Assembly: GCF_001194135.2 (NCBI RefSeq) | Contig: NC_068986.1 | Span: 51,440,297-51,504,296 of the forward strand | Direction of reading: 5' to 3' | Source: Octopus bimaculoides | Taxonomy: Eukaryota | DNA length: 64,000 nucleotides | Part shown: positions 27,090 through 38,381 of the stretch, piece after piece | How positions within the stretch are numbered: the stretch's first letter is position 1 | Layout: each line of letters opens with the position of its first letter | Notes under the pieces: model-generated | Seen by the model: only the letters and a program-made list of their open reading frames with translations | What the model was told of the DNA's origin: nothing | Database searches by the model: none | Position numbers and translations under genes: made by a program

Positions 27090-28733
27090 TGTATGTATAT
27101 ATATATGTATGTATATGTGTGTGTGTTGTGTTCAAATATATATATATACACACAAACACACATGAAAGGAAAGACATCATTACTTCAAATTTCATACTTG
27201 GTTAAATAACTGAATAATTTTCAAATGATAAACTGAACCATTTCTCTCAGAAAAATCAAGAAATATATCCATTTTTTTTTACAAGAATGGTTGCTTATCA
27301 TCTGAAGCTTACCTCATTTAACCTTGTATGAAATCTGAAGTGACAATCTTTTATCTTTTAATAAGTTATAGCATTACATATGTACACGCACATATTTTAC
27401 TCCACACTTGTGCTGAATACTTTATATTTGTTCATGTAGGCACCTATTATATATATACCCATCCATAAAAAAATATATATACACATACACACACATACAT
27501 GTATGCACATACGCAAGTACATAAGATCATCCATATATAGATAAACTTAAGTGAAGCAATTGACATTCTAGAATTAACTGCAATAAGAAATTGAATACAA
27601 AAATAAGAAAAAGAAAAAAATCCTGAAAAAGATTTTCACTCAAACTACATGGCCAAGATTCACTAATGCTTAAAAATTTGCTAATGCAAGAGGATAATGG
27701 CATGCATTGCCAATTTTTATTTTTTCAAATGCCAGCCCAGGACACGAGTTAATACAGCAAACTGTATATTTAAAAGGGTCTTGTGACCAGTTAGAATATT
27801 AGAAGAAACTATAAAATCAAAATTAATAAAGCAAAATCATCAAAACATACTGCATTAAAACATACTGCATTAAAACATACTGGAGACAGAAGAGTAGTCT
27901 TCTATTTACTAAATTACTAACATTGGAACTAATATACCTCTTTAAATGGTACATTAGTTAGCAAAAGCCATTGATGGGAAACTTAAGTATAAACATCAGC
28001 AATAAATGTGTGAGTGGGTCCATGTATATGCATGCCAGTGTATGTATATATGCACATATATAAAAATAATATAAAAATATATAGGCATGCATATGTATAT
28101 GTGTATATACATTTATATGTAATTAATATGTATGTGTTTGTTTAAGTGGTGTATGACAGTAGAATAGTGTGAAATATTTGAAAACTATTCCTGTTGCTCT
28201 TCAATTCTATCCTTATAAATATCAGTAGGTTAATTTCACTTTGTGAGAGATGCTTAATAGTGTGTTAAGAGATTATACTTGTCTCTGTGGTGCTTAAAGC
28301 CATCCTAAAGTAGAAACTTTTAATTTAATTTTGTAAGTGGAAACATATTCAATTATGCTGTTGGATAAGCAGTATCAAGAAATGTTTATATACTTTCGTT
28401 TTACAATCTCCCTTAATATACTCTTGTGATGCAACATGTGGATCAAACTTACTCATCAAATACTGATCACTTTGGACAACCCCTTGTTTTGTATCATCCA
28501 TATTTAAAAAACACCTATCATAATTGTATGCAGGAGTCTTCTGTTAAGTTATGCTCCAACACCAACTTAATACAGCATAAATGATAAAAGGTTGTTATAC
28601 TTGGGGATGGTCATATTTTGCCAATTAAACACTTGCACTATATATTTGGTTTTCACTTCAGCTCTATTATTAGTGGGGATTTGCTGTACTTGATAAGACA
28701 TGTCAAGCCAAGTAAAACTAATATATAACAAAC

Positions 28734-28838
28734 CTGGAGAAAAATTGTCAATGGTTAAAGAGACTTGATATAAGAAATCTTGACAAGATTCTAAAATTCT
28801 TATTGCCTGCTCTTCTTCATCTATTTTTAGTTTTAACT
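28734..28838 (-). CDS. NCX: 105-nt symmetric cassette exon, phase 1 to 1: ELKLKIDEEEQAIRILESCQDFLYQVSLTIDNFSP
   Basis: gttattttag|AG ... CCAG|gtttgt. The frame is open and protein-like. It is absent from the ORF track because no start codon opens a 60-aa ORF in this frame. Confidence 0.75.
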
Positions 28839-30204
28839 CTAAAATAACTTAACTGCAAGATTAAATATCTTTTAAATATATATGTTGTTGAAAAGCATTT
28901 ATACACACATGTGCCTTTCAATCTTTAGTAGAACTTAACTGTCATAGAATTCTTTAATGGATATTTTACTTCTTTGCACTCATGTAAATTGTTAAAACTG
29001 CAGCCAAATTTCCCTCAAATCACACTTTGTAATCTTTACAAAAGCAAAGGCTTCAGTGGATAAATGCTCCTTGATTGTGTATGTTGCCCTTTAGGTCCTT
29101 AAAAAGATGGACAGCCAGAATATCTTCCATCATGGGTCAAGCTATACTTTGACTGACCTGGGGGTACACAATGAGACTGGACATTGACTAGTTGTAAAAT
29201 ATTCATGAGATATATATGTGTATGTGTGTGTGAGTATACACACACACACACTCACACACACACACATGTATACATATATACTAACACTGAAACACCTTGA
29301 GCATTTTGGAATGCAAGTAAAATGGTTTTATTTTTTCCAATTGTGTACAAATATTCTTTCCCAAAATCACCTGCTTAAAACCATCTAATAAAAATATTTT
29401 CAGTATACGACTCTGCTCCAACACATTAAGATAGATTTAAGTACTTAAGTACTTGAATGCTATTTAAACACATGTGCATTTATGTGCGTGTGTGTGTGGC
29501 TGTGTATGTATGTACATACATACACAGATATATATTTGCATGTATATGGTGCATGTGTGCGTGTGTATACACATTTGTGTTTGTATGGATGCTTGTGGAT
29601 ACATGTATTGCTTAACTTCTACCTAGCCTTGATTGAAGAGATAAGTACAACAAAAGGTGTTCAAGCTACAACCATTCTGTTTTATTTCAGACACAGCACT
29701 AAAAGGAATATTATCCAATGTGCCTGTCCTTTCTTAATAGTTAGTCAGGGATGCTTTGTAGGAAAGTTGGCTGCTATTTCTAGCAAGTCAACGAACCGCC
29801 TTGAGGATCTCTGATGGGAAGGCTTTTACATATAAAGGTTCCTCCATGCATCTATGTGTGCTTATCTCCAGTGTTATGGAATCAAAAGAAAAATTTACCC
29901 CCTGGCATGAGCTGTGTTAAGAATTTACTTTGAAATTATATGGTTAAGTTGACACTGTCTACAGCAGGGTTTTTCTATGCATTATTATAGGCCCCCAGGT
30001 AAATCAATGTACTGGGCCCTTGATGTTTATTAATTTGACAGAATACATAGACCATAATTGAGCCCCAAGATCTGCTTGGGCTGCATTGGTCAACTGCATG
30101 GACATTGACAAACTGGTGTTCTCTACTATAGCTGTGGGTTGATCAATACCTTGAGCGAAATTGGTAGACAGAAACTAAAGAAACTCATTACTACATACAT
30201 ATAT

Positions 30205-30350
30205 ATTAGAGGAAAAGGATATCAAAAACCAGGGCAGGAGGAGAATCTCAAGTCATTTATAATAATTCAATTAGGATAAGGTTGATTTGAAATCTTAAAT
30301 TATCATAAATATTCGTCCTGCGTTGGTTTTTGATGTCCTTTTCTTCTAAT
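30205..30350. repeat. 35-bp inverted repeat with a ~76-nt spacer
   Basis: Arms at 30205-30239 and 30316-30350 with 4 mismatches. Confidence 0.8.
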
Positions 30351-31229
30351 GTATACCTGCCAACACAGAAGCCTAATACGGATCCTTAGCTACAGCCTCA
30401 ACTGTGAACTTGGAACCTAATGGATGACAAATTATAGCACTTACTCAGCGTACCTATTCATTTGGATCACCAGTGTACTAAACCTGTCATATTCTTTACA
30501 TTATATATATATCATGAGATGACAGAGGACTGAAATATGTGGTGCATTGTTGTACTTGAGAAGACCCACCTACTCACCATAACAGAATTGAGATCCTAAA
30601 ACCAAGGTGCCACAAGAAAAAAACACTGGTGCTGGTGCTGTGTAAAAAGCATCCAGTACACTTTGTAAAGCGGTTGGCATTAGGAAGGACATCCAGCTGT
30701 AGAAACCAAGCCAAAACTGACTTTGGAACTTGGTGTGGCCCCTGGCCTGTCAAGCCATCCAACCCATGCCAACAAGGAAAAACGGATGTTAAATAATCAT
30801 GATTATGTGCATGTGTGTGTTTGTATTTACTCTCATCTTCACATGTTGCAAGCTGTTTGTGAACAAAAGCTTCCCCATTCCTATAAACAGTGTCATTTGT
30901 AAAAGTATGTCCAGGTTGTTTACTGTTCGATAGATTGACACATTTATTACTTTGTCTTGAAACAAGTAACAGCTGACATGGGAAGGGCATCCAGCCATAG
31001 AAAAGTCTAAATATGGTAACGTACATGATGACAATGATGAGATGCCAGTCTAACTGAGATAACAATGCCACAAAATATCTGGTATCTGTTCTTGACAACT
31101 AGGTGGGATAAAGTATGATTAAGTGCTCGACCAAAATGTCCAAATAAATATTGTTGAAGTGAATTAGCACCAAAGGCCTATGAGCTACTAGTAAAATGTC
31201 AGGTCTATTGGAATATTTCATTTCTACTA

Positions 31230-31240
31230 GAGAGAGAGAG

Positions 31241-31315
<75 letters not shown>

Positions 31316-31320
31316 TAGAG
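31230..31320. repeat. Compound (AG)n(TG)n(AG)n microsatellite, representative of dozens of TA/TG/AG/AAT/CAT tracts
   Basis: Directly visible in the sequence. Confidence 0.95.
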
Positions 31321-31782
31321 ACTGAAAGAGAGAGAAAGGGACTGAGAAATCATGCAGGACTGCAGTTGTTAACATTCCTCGGTTTAAACAAGGAAACATT
31401 TTAATTGTAAGTAGTCCAATAATTTCCTGTACTGCAAAGAAATTTTGAAATAAATAAATAAATAAATAAATGAAATCTCTAAGGAGTGGAAGGAAAAAAT
31501 ACGGGTAAAAAATCCAGGCAAAGGATTTTCCACATTGTCAAACCTCAAGATTTTTTTTTTCATGGATATAAACATGCTTATAAAAGTGAAAAGAGCCGGG
31601 CAACTATTCATCTTTAATGCAGCCACACACTAATAAAAACTACATGGTTTCATACTAATAAAGTAAACAAAAAAAAAATATAGAAAAAGAAATTAAACAA
31701 AGATTGCCAGCCAACAGCCTCATTGCTTCTAACAATCAAAACACCTAAAAATCTAAGCACTAGCTGCTTTTCACACATTTAC

Positions 31783-31803
31783 CTGAGTGGGCAGATTCAG
31801 TAT
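31783..31803 (-). CDS. NCX: 21-nt symmetric microexon, phase 1 to 1: DTESAHS
   Basis: Long U-rich tract ttttgaattgtttatgctttgtttttatag|ATACTGAATCTGCCCACTCAG|gtaaat. It is open in the phase left by the CBD2 exon. Confidence 0.65.
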
Positions 31804-33119
31804 CTATAAAAACAAAGCATAAACAATTCAAAATGAAATAAAAAAGTAAAATAAAAATAAAATGTTATGTATTTATACTTACAAATATATATATACAGAC
31901 TGAGACATATGTATGGGTACATACATAACTATTTATAGAGATATATATTCACACATGTAAATATGTGTAGATGTATATGCAAACATACGCATAGACACAC
32001 ATACAAAATACATGTAACTCCAACTAAATGTGCTGAGTGCTACTTTCTTGTGATTATTCATTCACTCATGTATAGGTGTTTACGTGTGTGTATATTAGTG
32101 TGTGTATTAGTTTTCGGAATCTTGTTTCAAGTACCCTTTATAAAGTTGATAATTGGTGAAGTGTGATAGTGGTTGGGTGGCAAGAGAAGCTGTGGAAAGA
32201 GGGATGTGGAAAGAGGGATGTGGAATCGGTTCTCTAAACTGAATAATAAAAAAAAAATCAATGAAAGAAAGAAAACGTAACCTTGAAAATTCTTTTATTG
32301 ATTAAAAAGTTAAATTTCAGTTGAATTAAATTAAAAAAATTGTTTTTGCATTTTTTTTTTTTTAAAGACATTTGATTCAAGATTTTTCTGCTCCTATTAT
32401 TTTTCATTATATGTGAAAACCCATCCCAGTCACCTGCAGATTTATCAATTAGGGATTTGGAACCAGAAAAATATAACCAGGTAGAAAAAAAAAAAGAAGA
32501 AAAAGGACACCATTCCCATTCCTGATTATTTGCTATCTTTTGTATGTATAACAAAAAAAAAAGTAAAAATCAAAAAGAAAAATATATTTTGAATATTAAA
32601 AAACAGAAACATCTTTGAAAATCTAAGGAAACAAGAAATAATTGCAAGTATAACTATAGATAAAAATTAATAGCTCAGCAACAATATTAAGACATTAAAA
32701 ATATATTATGGTATTAATAAAAGAAGCAGATGATTTTTATGTAAAGTTTCTTTTTCTGAATAAAAGCAAAATATTCAAATTATTATCAGCATTGATGTTG
32801 AAGCACATTTTCTTTTTATTCTTCAGTGTTTTATACCAATGATGACATTGTGTCTACACAAATGAAAAATGGTGATTTCAATACAGAAGAAATAATAATA
32901 AAAATGATGATGATAATTTCAAATTTAGGCACATGGCCAGAAATTTTGGGGAAGGGGTAAATTGATTACATTGACTCCAGTATTTAGCAGGGACTTATTT
33001 TATCGACCCCACCCCCAACAGGATGAAAGGCAAAGTTGACTTTGAGAGAATTTCATAAAGACATGAAACTCCATTAAGTATTTTGTCCAACAAGTTAATG
33101 ATCCTGCCAGCCTGCAACT

Positions 33120-33151
<32 letters not shown>

Positions 33152-33377
33152 CTTCTCTACTATAGGCAAAAAGCCTGAAATTTAAGGAGAGGGGGACTAG
33201 TCAATATCATGAATTCCAGAGCTCAATTCGTAATTATCTTATCAACCATTCAATTATGAAAGGCAAATTCGATCTTGGTGGAATTTGAACTCAGAATGTA
33301 AAAATGAATGAAATACCTCTAAGCATTTTGTTTGGTTTGCTAACGATTCTGCTAACTCACTGCCAAAATAATAATAT

Positions 33378-33790
33378 CATCATCATCGTTTAACGTCCGC
33401 TTTCCATGCTAGCATGGGTTGGACGATTTGACTGAGGACTGGTGAAACCGGATGGCAACACCAGGCTCCAGTCTGATTTGGCAGAGTTTCTACAGCTGGA
33501 TGCCCTTCCTAACGCCAACCACTCAGAGAGTGTAGTGGGTGCTTTTACGTGTCACCCGCACGAAAACGGCCACGCTCGAAATGGTGTCTTTTATGTGCCA
33601 CCCGCACAAGCCAGTCCAGGGGCACTGGCAACGATCTCGCTCGAAAATCCTACAGGAGCCAGTCAGGCGGTACTGGCAACGGCCACGCTCAAAATGGTGC
33701 ATCTCATGTGCCACCCGCACAAGAACCAGTCCAGGGGCACTGGCAACGATCTTACTTGGCTTGCCGGGTCTTCTCACGCACAGCCCATTT
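33378..33790 (-). mobile_element. Retroposon with a (CAT)n tail and an internal GC-rich tandem repeat (family S3)
   Basis: catcatcgtttaacgtccgctttccatgc... recurs at about 5450, 14445, 16500, 24045, 36560 and 56938, and inverted at about 30610-30810 and 43290-43400. It accounts for ORFs 33442-33925 and 36688-36930. Confidence 0.85.
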
Positions 33791-35615
33791 CCAAAGAATA
33801 ATAATAATAATAATGAAAGAAAAGATTTTTATAATCAATTCAGAAAGCAAAAAATTACAGATGATGATGATGATGATGATGGTGATTTTATGAGTTACAT
33901 CATTTCCATGATCCTTGTTGGCTAGTACAAAAATACAGCAATAAAAATGCCACTCACTATTTTCCATACTTTGCTCAGAAGATAGTCTAGAACATTAATG
34001 GACATAGGGACATTATTGCTCCAAACTATACATAAAGGACGAATATGGAATTATGAAAAATCATTCATAAAAACACTGAACAGCTGTGTCTTCAATATAA
34101 TGTGTTTGAAGGAAAGAGAGAGAAAGCGAGATATTTTTTATTTCCCAACCACATATTGGCAAGAATCCAAAGTTATTGACTTCTATTACTCCCCCACTTC
34201 AGATTCTGGAAATGCTAGAGTCATACACCCATCTTCAAACAAACTCGAGAAATGAGCCAGGAAGAGAGCTTGAGTGTGCTAGCTCAACCTACTCGAAATA
34301 GGTTGAGCAACAATATTCAGCCTTTCCTCAAATCACACTCTGCCACCTTTAACAAAAAAATGCAAGGAAGGGTACTTCAGATAATGTAGTGATAAACACA
34401 ATGTCTAAATTATAAAAAGGAAAAACGAAATGGTATCATTTCAGTTGAAATACTTTTGATTGCGTGTGCTTAATTAGAGGTGACTGAGGTTAAAAAAACA
34501 CAATTATATCTCATAAGGAAAGAAAGAAAAAAAATGGCAATTATTCGTTTTTATCTCCAAAGCACCCAAACACAGTTAGCTGATCAAAAAATCAACCAAT
34601 CTATTTCAATCAGGGGGAAAATATTTAATTCAGAGAATTTTCATGCTTTAATCAATAAGAAATATTCGTATGGTTAGAAACATTTCATTAATGAAAACCT
34701 TGCTTCAAATGCTCAGATCAATCAATCAGTTAAGTCAAATCAATAGCTCCATAACCAAAGAAGGCTGTAGGTGGTACATCGGGTGATGTAATTCCGCCCT
34801 CCTTTACCTTTTGTTGTAATTAACTAGCTATTTACTACCCCTGTTTATTCCCTGATGTTGTTCAACCACTCTCTTCGTCGGGAGGGATCTTCATATATAC
34901 ACCTCTAAGTTATACATCTAAAAAAAGGGGGGGGGGGACAGCCAGATACAAAAATGGAAATGCATACATTAAACTAAATGTGAACAATAACGAGGAATAA
35001 CTCATTAAATCCACTGCAGTGTATTATGGGTGTGGGGGTCTATTTTACTGACCCTCCCCAGAGGAACTTGAACTCAGAACATAGAGGAACCAAACCAAAT
35101 ACAGTAAAGTCACTTAGTTTGGTACTCTGCCCTACCATTTCTGCTAAGCTTCCCTCTTCACAATGCAAATAACAAGTCCAGGACATTTCATAAATAGCAA
35201 TCGTAAAGATTTATTAAGATACTGTCTTTTCATCTTCACACAGTAAGTCATCTATAACTACAACCTTTTACATTCCCAAATGTTTTGACGTATATTTTAA
35301 GATATATGAAATAAGCAAGAACTTTGATGTTAATGAATATGCCAAGTAAAATATTTAGATAAGTGAGTGTAGCTGACCCAATGAGAACATGTATAACAAG
35401 ATCTGTTTGAGTGTAGACAGCTAGGCAGAAGGCCAAAACATACTGGAGGATACAGAGACAAGAGCAGATAACTGATTGCAATGCTAAGCGCAACAATATG
35501 TAGTTGAATATAAGTAACTAACTACAGTGAAATGAATGATGTATGGGAGGATACAGATAGGAATCAAAGTGATTAACTGAAAAGATATTACTGCTAATTT
35601 AATTCATTTTCTCAC

Positions 35616-35637
35616 CTGCTTCAAAAGGAAGCTGGAA
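35616..35637 (-). CDS. NCX: Candidate 22-nt microexon, phase 0 to 1: FQLPFEA
   Basis: tttttggcttctaattatcag|TTCCAGCTTCCTTTTGAAGCAG|gtgaga, with a branch-like ctaat. A second AG at +6 would give a 16-nt form. Confidence 0.5.
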
Positions 35638-38329
35638 CTGATAATTAGAAGCCAAAAACATAATTAAAAAAAAATCATTTATCAAAAAAAAAAAAAGAAT
35701 TAAGCTAATTTGTAAATCATATAGAATAATATTGTCCCAGTTGACCAGTTTAAAGAAATTCTTAATATATATGATATTGTATTCTAGGAAAGCATCAGAA
35801 GTGAGAAATGTTCTTACTGAAACTTATTTTCATTTATAGAAAATTAATTTGAAGTTCTTATTTTGTTTCCAAAGATTAAGCTTTCTTAACTTTGAAGTGC
35901 AACATTTGAAAATTAAGCAAATAAAAAAACGAGGAAAAAACCTAGTAACGCCTATTCATTTTTACAGATATTTCTTTCAGTTAGATATAAAGACAATTAT
36001 CTCATCTTGTGGAAAAGTTGAATAAAGCTCAGCAAATAACTGTTACTCCTTAATCTCCAGATGAAATGAAAGAAATGTTGACTCTGAATGAATTTGAACT
36101 TAAGTATCAAATTAATCCTTTTGCTGAAGAAATATCCACTCAAAATGTTGTAACTGTTAACTGTGGAAAACAGTTTTATATACCAACCTAGCTTTTGTTG
36201 AGGAAAGTGATGTTTGAAAGCATTTTTTTGTTGAGATTTGCCAAGTTTATTGAGACAATGTGACTTAGAGAAAATAGCAATTCTATTTTTTATTCTTTCT
36301 TGAAGATATTTAACATCATTGCTGGAATAACCACGAAAATTAATTTTGCAGTGAAAGGATTACTGGCAATGAGAGAGTTTGGTGCTCTGCTGTTTTAGTC
36401 CTCTCCACTGACATTTGCCTCTCCATAAATATTAAATATAAAAATAATCCATAAACTTTCAGGACATTAACTGTTGCTAGTCAAGGCAAAAGAGATGTTA
36501 GGTGGCTGATTGAAGGCCTACTGTAGCTTAAATCTCATTTTTATAGATGGATTATCTCCATCATCATCATCATCATCATTGTTTAACGTCCGCTTTCCAT
36601 GCTAGCATGGGTTGGACGATTTGACTGAGGACTGGTGAACCAGATGGCTACACCAGGCTCCAATCTGATTTAGCAGAGTTTCTACAGTTGGATGTCGTTC
36701 CTAACGCCAACCACTCCGAGAGTGTAGTGGGTGCTTTTACGTGCCACCGGCACGAAGGCCAGTCAGGTGGTACTGGCAATGACCACGCTCAAAATGGTGT
36801 ATTTTACATGCCACCTGCACAGAAACCAGACCAGCAGCACTGGCAAAGATGTCGCTCGAATGTCTTTTCACGTGCCAGGAAGGCGACACTGGTAACGATC
36901 ACGCTCAAATGGTGCTATTTACGTGCCTAACTCTTTCTAACACAATCCATAACAATGTAAATATGTACCCTAACTAGTCATATTTGATCAGCGGAAGGAA
37001 CAAGAGCTCTGTTGAATGATCAATTATTGAGTTCAAATCTTTCAATAGATTGGGCAATGATAGAAGCACTTTTACTGAAGTTTTAATAGGAACAAATAAA
37101 TAAATGAATTTACATAGGATAACAGTTAACAGATATATTCTACTGTCGAAGACTGTCAGAAAGCCAGCCTAAAACTTATTTGGTGATCAGTTCTGAGAGT
37201 TGCAGTTGGCTGAATTGTGATCATGTGGCCCTACCAAAGATATTTAAGTCTAAATAACTCAATCCATGTCGCTGTAAATAGGACTTTGGGGAAACCATTC
37301 ACTTGTAATAAATGGAGGCAAAAGAAAAATTGGTGTGTATTTTATAAACTTGTAGATTTTAGATCCAATTTCATGGAGGGGGTTGTAGTGAAAAAGCCCC
37401 TAATCTCACTAATCTCAATCAGTGATAGCAGTAGAAAGAATGTTTGAAGTTCTGCTACCACTCATGTCATCTCTAGCAGACTTTTACGTCCATTAGGATT
37501 TACAATATAAAATCACATTGTTGCACTATAGATATCTGTTTCATAACCACATGGTTCCAAGTTCAATCCACCCACTTTACACCTTGGATAAGATGTCTTC
37601 TGCCACAGTCTTAGATTGATCAATATTTTGTCAGCTGAATTTGGTAGTCAGAAACTGTATGGAAGCTCATCATGTATGTGCACATACACACATGTATATA
37701 TGTTTTAGTGATGTATATTGGAAAGGGTGGAGGCATATGGCTTAGTAGTTAGGGTGTTGGACTCATGATCTTAAGACTGTGGTTTCAATTTCTGAACTGG
37801 ACAATGAGTTGTATTCTTGAGCAAAGCACTTCATTTCATGTTGCTATGGTCCACTCAGTTTGCAAAAATGAGTAATCGTGTAATGGACTGGCATCTTGTC
37901 CAGTAGGGGAAATATATATGCCACAGAAATGAGGAAACTGGCTTTATGAGTCTATATGAGTCATGAAGGAGCTTTATTCTTAGTCCTAATATTGGAGATG
38001 ACAGGGATATAAACATTGGTGAGAAACTGAAATAGAGCAAACTAGTGGAGCAGTTGGGAAACTATAACTATGGTCGACAAATTGTGATACTAAACATTAA
38101 AAAATAATACATACGTAAATAAATATATAAATTAATAAATAAATAGAATACAAATGTTTTGCTTGAAGAATTGACCAGTTCAGCTATATTTTCAGCCAGC
38201 ATGGTTTTATAGAAAGACTAGAAGTGAAATTAAGTATGTTTACAAATACAAAGACAATCTAAAATCAGCAAGATATATGTATCTATCAACACACACATAG
38301 CTAGAAAACATTTTTCACTAAGAAGAATA

Positions 38330-38381
<52 letters not shown>

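Noticed and set aside
27313-27334. 22-nt segment with donor GAG|GTAAGC
   Set aside because: It is open only as phase 2 to 0, which fits no neighbour, and it stops in phase 1.
28449-28536. Open frame KTPAYNYDRCFLNMDDTKQGVVQSDQYLM ending at GTAAGT
   Set aside because: The acceptor lacks a pyrimidine tract, and phase 0 to 1 has no adjacent partner.
33442-33925. Four overlapping 84-128 aa ORFs in GC-rich sequence
   Set aside because: They fall inside an S3 retroposon with an internal tandem repeat, and homologous sequence recurs at 36560-36930.
28734-35637. Resemblance of FQLPFEA...ELKLKI...SCQDFL to kinase subdomains IX-XI
   Set aside because: No other kinase motif is present, the subdomain XI arginine is missing, and the upstream exon is clearly NCX.
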